DNA of 64,000 nucleotides from Candidatus Babelota bacterium (GTDB lineage Bacteria; Babelota; Babeliae; Babelales; CAIQNR01): NCBI GenBank assembly GCA_965658655.1, contig CBFHTA010000002.1, positions 64,001 to 128,000 of the forward strand, read 5' to 3'. Shown piece by piece: positions 58,097 to 64,000 of this stretch (position 1 is its first letter; each line of letters starts with the position of its first letter). The notes under the pieces were generated by a model. It saw only the letters and a program-made list of their open reading frames with translations, ran no database searches and was not told where the DNA came from. The position numbers and the translations under genes were made by a program.

Positions 58097-59692
58097 ATGA
58101 AAAAAATAATACTACTACTTATTAGTCTTATCTCGATCGTTCCTAGTTCAGCATTAACGAATAATATACCTGGAGGAAACGCTCTGTTACCAATGCCATC
58201 CGAACAAGAGATGCAAGAAATCCAGAAATTTCTTGATACATTAAGTCCCGACGAACTTGATGAGTTGGCAAAAATTGGTGAAGAAATTATTCAAACTGCA
58301 GAAAAAGAAGGTCGTCCACTTTTTGGCCCAGCAGCAAACGCACAACCAATACAAAAAGCAAAACCTCAACCGGCAAAACCAATAACGACTGCTCATACAG
58401 TTAAACCTCAAGACCCTGTAAAGCCCAAAGAACGAACCCTTTCCTCTAAAGAAAAGGCACGCATTCAAGGGATACTTTCAGGATTAGTTGACGCAATTGC
58501 TTCTATTCGTCAAAAGGCAACAAGCGATGAGACTCTCATTCAGTTGCTTGCACCATTAAATACAACGCTCAACGATCTCACTTATTATTTGAACGTTGTA
58601 AACTACAGCAAACACTTAGTGCAGTTAACAAATAAAGAATTTGCTCCACTCAATAACAATCTAAGAAAACTTTATGAGCAAGTTGATGAGATAGACTCAC
58701 AGCTTGATGTTCCAGAACTTGAAATGAGTAAAAAACAGTCTTCTGATGATTTAAAAAAACAACACCAAAAAATAAAAAAGGCTGCTCGAATATTAGATAC
58801 ATTTAGATCAATCATGGACAGTGGAATTAAACAAAAGCATGTACTTATGGATCTTGAGCGTCTTGTTAAAAAATACGAACCAGAAGCACTCAAAATCAAA
58901 AAAGAACAAGAAGAAAAAGAAAAAAAGGCAAGCACACAAAGCACCAGCTTACCAGTAACCAATGTTGCTCGAACCTATAGAGCTACTGATGGTAGTGCAA
59001 CACGAGCAACACAAAACTATGCCAGACGCCCAGGAGCTTATGGAGGCTCATCAGGATACACTCCTCCTACAAGGTCGGGAACATCAAGAAATTTCGCTGG
59101 ATCAAATGCTAAGCCTTCCAATTTTGGTACTGGCGCTAATGAAAAAACAACTCCTTCTGGGGCAAAAAAAGACAGTAACAATGCTTCAAACAAAAAGAAA
59201 GAGGCAACTGAGCCTGCAAACCCTCAAAAACCTACTGAAGTAGATAAGATTAATGCTTTAGAAGAAAAAATTAAAATGAAAATGGAAGTCATCAACCATA
59301 CTACTGGTATCCACCAGGATAAACTTAACAGTTTCCTAGATGATTATTTACCAATGGCAGATCCGGTAATCGATCACATTAGTGAAGATTTCACCAATGT
59401 TGTGGAAACTATTTCATTTGAGCTTTATAGAATTAAGAAAGACGTTACCAATTGGGTTTCTAAAATCAACCAACAAGCAACCGGCCGAAATGAATACAAC
59501 AAACACAGAAAACGGTTAAAAACCTATATGGAGAACAGCATGCGAGAAGTTTACACATTCCATAAGAAGGTGAAAAGCAATGCAGGATTACTTGCTCAAA
59601 CATCACCTCGTGTAACAAGACACAAAGAAAGCATTAATCAACTGATTAAACATGTTGATGATATTAAGAAAGACTTAACTAAAGCACCCTAA
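58097..59692 (+). CDS. Hypothetical exported helical protein (531 aa)
   Basis: Signal peptide; coiled coils separated by Pro- and Ser/Gly-rich linkers. Confidence 0.8.
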   Translation: MKKIILLLISLISIVPSSALTNNIPGGNALLPMPSEQEMQEIQKFLDTLSPDELDELAKIGEEIIQTAEKEGRPLFGPAANAQPIQKAKPQPAKPITTAHTVKPQDPVKPKERTLSSKEKARIQGILSGLVDAIASIRQKATSDETLIQLLAPLNTTLNDLTYYLNVVNYSKHLVQLTNKEFAPLNNNLRKLYEQVDEIDSQLDVPELEMSKKQSSDDLKKQHQKIKKAARILDTFRSIMDSGIKQKHVLMDLERLVKKYEPEALKIKKEQEEKEKKASTQSTSLPVTNVARTYRATDGSATRATQNYARRPGAYGGSSGYTPPTRSGTSRNFAGSNAKPSNFGTGANEKTTPSGAKKDSNNASNKKKEATEPANPQKPTEVDKINALEEKIKMKMEVINHTTGIHQDKLNSFLDDYLPMADPVIDHISEDFTNVVETISFELYRIKKDVTNWVSKINQQATGRNEYNKHRKRLKTYMENSMREVYTFHKKVKSNAGLLAQTSPRVTRHKESINQLIKHVDDIKKDLTKAP

Positions 59693-59707
59693 GGTTAATA
59701 AGTAAGT

Positions 59708-59744
59708 AAAAAAAAAGACCGGTTTTAAAACTGGTCTTTTTTTT
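59708..59744. terminator. Bidirectional intrinsic terminator
   Basis: aaaaaaaagaccggtttt/aaaactggtctttttttt between convergent genes. Confidence 0.85.
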
Positions 59745-59781
59745 AGTCTTTATCGCAGTCTCTTCAAAAGAGACATTGTCG

Positions 59782-62733
59782 TTAGTTAATAGTACGCTCA
59801 ACAACTTTTTTACAACGAGCACAAAGACCGTCTTCATCGCCTGAAGCTTCCCATTTCCAGCAACGTGGACATTTTGACCCCGACGCATGTTCAGCTTTAA
59901 CTTTAAGACCTGATTCTGATTGTACGCAATCCGCAAACTCTTCAAAAGAATCTTCATCTAGATCTTCGTCTAAGTCTTCAATGTCTTCGTAGTCAACAAT
60001 CTGACAATCAGAGGTAATAAAAAATTCTTTTAAAAACTCGTGCTTTGACTGCCCGGTTTTCTCAACTTCATCCAATATCTCCTTTAGCAAGCTCATATCG
60101 TCTTTTTTTGTGTTCATGACAATTGTCACCTTCGCTTCTAAAGAATGCTTAACAATCCCTTGTCGCCGCAATTTCTCTATCGCCTTAAGTACTGACGAAC
60201 GTAAACTGCGCAACGCTTCCCACTGTTTTTCTTTTTTCTTGGCATACAGAATACCTTCTGCTTGACCACCCGTTTCAGTCATCTGAGGGATTCCTGCATC
60301 CGGTTTACCCTCTTTTGCTTGGTGCTCCCAAACAAATGGCACATCCCTGAAATCCTGCAGGTGAATCGACTCTTTTTTATCTGTTTGATAATGATCAGAA
60401 ATCTGCTCAGCCGTAATCGACATTATAGGTGCAATAAGCTTAGTTAATACATCCAAGATATGCCAGCAAACAGTCTGCGCAGAGCGCCTATCAACCCCAT
60501 CTGAAAGATCAGTATAAAGGCGATCTTTGATGATGTCCAGATAAAAAGAACTGAGTTCAACGGTGCAATAATCAGTTAAAGCGTGGAATACAGCCGTAAT
60601 ATTTTTCTCTTGATAGGCTTTGCGTATTTTTCGACTAAATAAGGCTAACTCATGAAGAGCATAACGATCGATCATCCGCATGCTTTTAAGCTCAACAGCA
60701 TCTTTTTTGATATCAAAATCATAGAGATTAGAAAGTAAAAATCGAGCGGTATTTCTCACCTTACGATTAACCTCAGCAACATTATCGGTCAACATCTCCG
60801 AAGTTGCAATATCACCTTCTACATCAATAGAAGAGGCCCAGAGACGTAATCCATCAATCCCTATTTTTTGAGTAAATTCATCAGGCGATATAACATTACC
60901 CAACGATTTAGACATTTTACGCCCTTTAGAATCCACAGTATACCCATGGGTCGCAATAGACTTCATAGCTGGCTCAGCGTCTAACATTAAGCTTGTAAGG
61001 AGGGAACTTTGGAACCATCCTCGATGCTGATCAACACCTTCAAGATAAAGGTCTGCCGGATACTGCTGCCCACGGTTCTTAAGAACTGTAGCATGCGTTA
61101 CCCCTGAATCGAACCATACATCAAGAATATCTTGCTCTTTTTTGAACTCTGTGCCCTGACATTCTGTACATTTTGTACCTACAGGAACTACCTTTTTAAC
61201 ATCAACATCAGCCCAATACTCAACACCCTCTTTTTCAATACCTTGAGCAACTGATTTTATTATTTCAGGTGAAGTATGCTCTTTGTCACACTCATTACAA
61301 ATCACTGCCACAATGGGAGTTCCCCATACTCGCTGCCGAGACAAACACCACTCATATCTGTTTTCAACAGTAGATTTTAAATGGTTACGTGTTGATTTAG
61401 GTAAAAACTGAATTGATTCAATCTCTTTGAGCGCACGCTTTTGCAAATCTTTATGGCTTAATTCACAGAACCACTGCTTGGTTGCTCTGAACATAAGTCC
61501 GTTTTTACAACGCCAGCAATGTGGATAGGGATGCTTAATAGATGTTTTAAATAAAAGTTTATCTTTTTCAATAAGCTTTTTAAGAACCCAACCAAGAGCA
61601 TCTTTAGTTGTCATACCTTCTAACTCTACCGGTTTAATGCCTTGGGTGTATTTACCGTCTGAACTAAGAGGAGAGAAAATTTCAAGACCGTACCGCACAC
61701 CCATCTCATAATCTTCTGGACCGCACCCAGGCGCACTATGCACTACAGCTGTACCATCTTCTAACCCTACAAAGTTGTCCGCTAGAATTGGAGTCTGTTG
61801 CCCTTCAATAAAGGGATGCTCTGCCGTTGTACCCACCAAATCTTCTGCTTTGCAGGTTGCTAGCACTTTTTTATCTACTTCCATCTTAGCACAAAGCTTA
61901 TCAGCCAATTTTGCACCAACAACGATTTGCTTGTCTTTAATCTCTAAAAGTTCGTAGTCTGCTTGAGGCTTTAGAAATAAAGCACGATTTAAAGGGATAG
62001 TCCATGGAGTAGTGGTCCACATTAACATGCTTACCGGCCTGTCTGTATTAAAAACTTTTTTAGCAGCTACTGGGTCTAATTTAAATTCTACAAACACCGA
62101 TGGATCTTTACGATCTTGATATTCAATTTCTGCAGATGCAAGTACTGTTTGGCACGATGAACACCACGGCACTGTTTTATTTTTACGAGAAATGTAACCA
62201 CCACCAACACAATCTGCAAAAGCACGAACAGTATTTGCTTCTTGTTTATAATCCATAGTTAAATACGGATTATCCCAATCCATAACCACGCCTAGATCTT
62301 TAAATTGTTCTTTTTGAATGTCAATCCAGTGGTGAGCGCTTTCTCTACATTTTTTACGTAATTCTTGAGAATTAGCTTCTGGGTTTTCTCTTGAAACTTT
62401 TAACTCAATAGGCAACCCATGGCAATCCCAACCTGGAGTAATGGGTACATGTTTACCGCTCATACGCTCTGATTTTGCAATAATATCTTTTAAAATTTTA
62501 TTGTAAGCATGCCCTAAATGAATGTTACCATTGGCATACGGAGGTCCGTCATGGAGCATGTAACCAGATTTGCCTTTATTTTTTTCAGCCGCCTTGGCAT
62601 AAATGTTTTCCTGCTTCCATCGATTAATAATTTTAGGATCTTCAACTTTTGCATTTCCACGAATAGGAAATTCGGTTGTTGGAAGATTAAGCGTGTCTTT
62701 AAAGCTTTTTTTGGCTTTTTCATCTTGAGCCAT
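59782..62733 (-). CDS. ileS: Isoleucine-tRNA ligase
   Basis: HDGPPYANG..HLGH, GWDCHGLPIE, KMSKS, C-terminal Zn finger; start MAQDEK. Confidence 0.98.
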   Translation of the reverse strand: MAQDEKAKKSFKDTLNLPTTEFPIRGNAKVEDPKIINRWKQENIYAKAAEKNKGKSGYMLHDGPPYANGNIHLGHAYNKILKDIIAKSERMSGKHVPITPGWDCHGLPIELKVSRENPEANSQELRKKCRESAHHWIDIQKEQFKDLGVVMDWDNPYLTMDYKQEANTVRAFADCVGGGYISRKNKTVPWCSSCQTVLASAEIEYQDRKDPSVFVEFKLDPVAAKKVFNTDRPVSMLMWTTTPWTIPLNRALFLKPQADYELLEIKDKQIVVGAKLADKLCAKMEVDKKVLATCKAEDLVGTTAEHPFIEGQQTPILADNFVGLEDGTAVVHSAPGCGPEDYEMGVRYGLEIFSPLSSDGKYTQGIKPVELEGMTTKDALGWVLKKLIEKDKLLFKTSIKHPYPHCWRCKNGLMFRATKQWFCELSHKDLQKRALKEIESIQFLPKSTRNHLKSTVENRYEWCLSRQRVWGTPIVAVICNECDKEHTSPEIIKSVAQGIEKEGVEYWADVDVKKVVPVGTKCTECQGTEFKKEQDILDVWFDSGVTHATVLKNRGQQYPADLYLEGVDQHRGWFQSSLLTSLMLDAEPAMKSIATHGYTVDSKGRKMSKSLGNVISPDEFTQKIGIDGLRLWASSIDVEGDIATSEMLTDNVAEVNRKVRNTARFLLSNLYDFDIKKDAVELKSMRMIDRYALHELALFSRKIRKAYQEKNITAVFHALTDYCTVELSSFYLDIIKDRLYTDLSDGVDRRSAQTVCWHILDVLTKLIAPIMSITAEQISDHYQTDKKESIHLQDFRDVPFVWEHQAKEGKPDAGIPQMTETGGQAEGILYAKKKEKQWEALRSLRSSVLKAIEKLRRQGIVKHSLEAKVTIVMNTKKDDMSLLKEILDEVEKTGQSKHEFLKEFFITSDCQIVDYEDIEDLDEDLDEDSFEEFADCVQSESGLKVKAEHASGSKCPRCWKWEASGDEDGLCARCKKVVERTIN

Positions 62734-62824
62734 AGCCGGATCCTTAAAATTAAATATTAATCGATATTCACTACTCAATAAGCTTACAGTATACTCTTTT
62801 TGCACATTTTCTCAATTTAAACCC

Positions 62825-64000
62825 ATGAAAGAAGCCATGAGACAAGCATTTAAAGGTAAAAAATTTGGCATTTGGGGATTTGGCAAAACTGGCCAAAGCA
62901 CCCTTAGCTTTCTGAGCTCTCAAGGTGCAGAGTGTTTAATTATGGACAATAAACCTTTGGACGCATTTCAAGAAGAACTTATTAAAAGTCATAATGCTCA
63001 AGCGATAGGAGCAGAGTATTTACCCCAATTCATAGAAATGAACGACTTTATAATGCCAAGCCAAGGAATAGACCTACACCCCTACCTAGAACATCCCGAT
63101 GCACAAAAATTTATTTCTGAAGTAGATCTATTTCAACAATTTGTAAAAATACCTGTTATTGCAATAACAGGATCTGCAGGAAAAACTACAACAGTTACAG
63201 TCCTTACTCAACTGTTGAATCTATTTGGAAAACGAGCAATTGCCGGGGGTAACATTGGCAAACCTATGCTCGATGTTCTAGCTGAACAAGATCAATACGA
63301 CTACATTGTGTTAGAAGTTTCGAGCACACAACTTGAACACTCCAAACAATTTGCACCTCACATTGCTGCTATTTTAAATATCTTCCCTAACCATTTGGAT
63401 CGCCATATTGACATGCCTGCGTATCTTGAAGCCAAAGGGAAATTATTAAAATATCAAACCGAAGATCAAATAGCTTTTCTGCCGATGGATTTCATGGATA
63501 TCTTTTGGCAACTAGTTGGGCAACAAAAAGTTACGTGGATTGGCAACGACAATTATGCTAACATAACAAAAAAATTATACGACGTTACTCCAGAAAAAAA
63601 TTGGCAGATTATTTTATCTATCTTGGAGCACCTTGGATTTGAACCCGAAAAAGCTCTCTCTTTTAAAGAAAAATTTAAAGTACCACCCCATCGAATTGAA
63701 TTTGTTGGCACACACAACGGTGCTGACTTTTACAATGACTCTAAGTCAACTCTACCAGAAGCAACTTTACAAGCTTTAAAACAATTCACAGATAAAGAGA
63801 TTATTTTGTTTTTAGGTGGACTGAGCAAAGGTGTTGATCGCTCTGAATTAATCAATCTGCTTCCACTCAACATTAAGCATGTGATCTGCTTTGGCAAAGA
63901 AGCAGAGCAACTTCATGCATGGTGCCAAGAGAAAACAATACCAAGCTCTGTACATGCCACACTAGAAGATGGTTTTAAACAAGCACTAAACAATACAAAA
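62825..64000 (+). CDS. murD: UDP-N-acetylmuramoylalanine-D-glutamate ligase (3' end outside window)
   Basis: Own translation: GFGKTG, IAITGSAGKTT, GGNIG, VLEVSS, NHLDRH, HRIE, FYNDSKST. Confidence 0.93.
   Translation, partial: MKEAMRQAFKGKKFGIWGFGKTGQSTLSFLSSQGAECLIMDNKPLDAFQEELIKSHNAQAIGAEYLPQFIEMNDFIMPSQGIDLHPYLEHPDAQKFISEVDLFQQFVKIPVIAITGSAGKTTTVTVLTQLLNLFGKRAIAGGNIGKPMLDVLAEQDQYDYIVLEVSSTQLEHSKQFAPHIAAILNIFPNHLDRHIDMPAYLEAKGKLLKYQTEDQIAFLPMDFMDIFWQLVGQQKVTWIGNDNYANITKKLYDVTPEKNWQIILSILEHLGFEPEKALSFKEKFKVPPHRIEFVGTHNGADFYNDSKSTLPEATLQALKQFTDKEIILFLGGLSKGVDRSELINLLPLNIKHVICFGKEAEQLHAWCQEKTIPSSVHATLEDGFKQALNNTK

Noticed and set aside
1..64000. tRNA, rRNA, tmRNA, RNase P, SRP RNA, riboswitches, transposases, defence systems
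   Set aside because: No hallmark motifs recognised by eye; covariance-model and HMM searches are needed to exclude divergent members

Overview
AT-rich bacterial chromosome segment. The gene content and the many orphan signal-peptide proteins suggest an intracellular parasite of protists, probably Ca. Dependentiae (TM6/Babelota); this is an inference and no search was run. Housekeeping genes: maf (partial), hspR-like regulator, ychF, dnaK, typA, carD, miaA, SPOR protein, ppiD-like, recA, infC-rpmI-rplT, zapB/zapA, rny-ymdB, proS, xerD, dnaN-recF, ruvC, dnaB, rplI, lnt, ileS and murD (partial). A good dif site lies at 52320-52347, exactly where gene orientation flips, so this appears to be the replication terminus, with dnaN-recF unusually close to it. 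The most interesting part is a putative secreted host-manipulation arsenal at 2.3-15.6 kb and 39 kb: a Josephin-like cysteine protease (deubiquitinase candidate), a disordered protein built from eukaryotic SH3/SH2-ligand-like motifs, other acidic Tyr-motif proteins sharing an upstream element, a Gly/Ser/Tyr/Asn 27-bp repeat protein and a CaaX-box protein. Other notable items are four SAM-transporter-like DMTs near a split SpeD/SpeE pair whose SpeE has a signal-peptide-like N-terminus, three beta-propeller genes sharing a promoter/leader cassette, a 1.5-kb compositionally segmented non-coding region, and an out-of-frame infC start. No rRNA, tRNA, CRISPR array or transposase was recognised.
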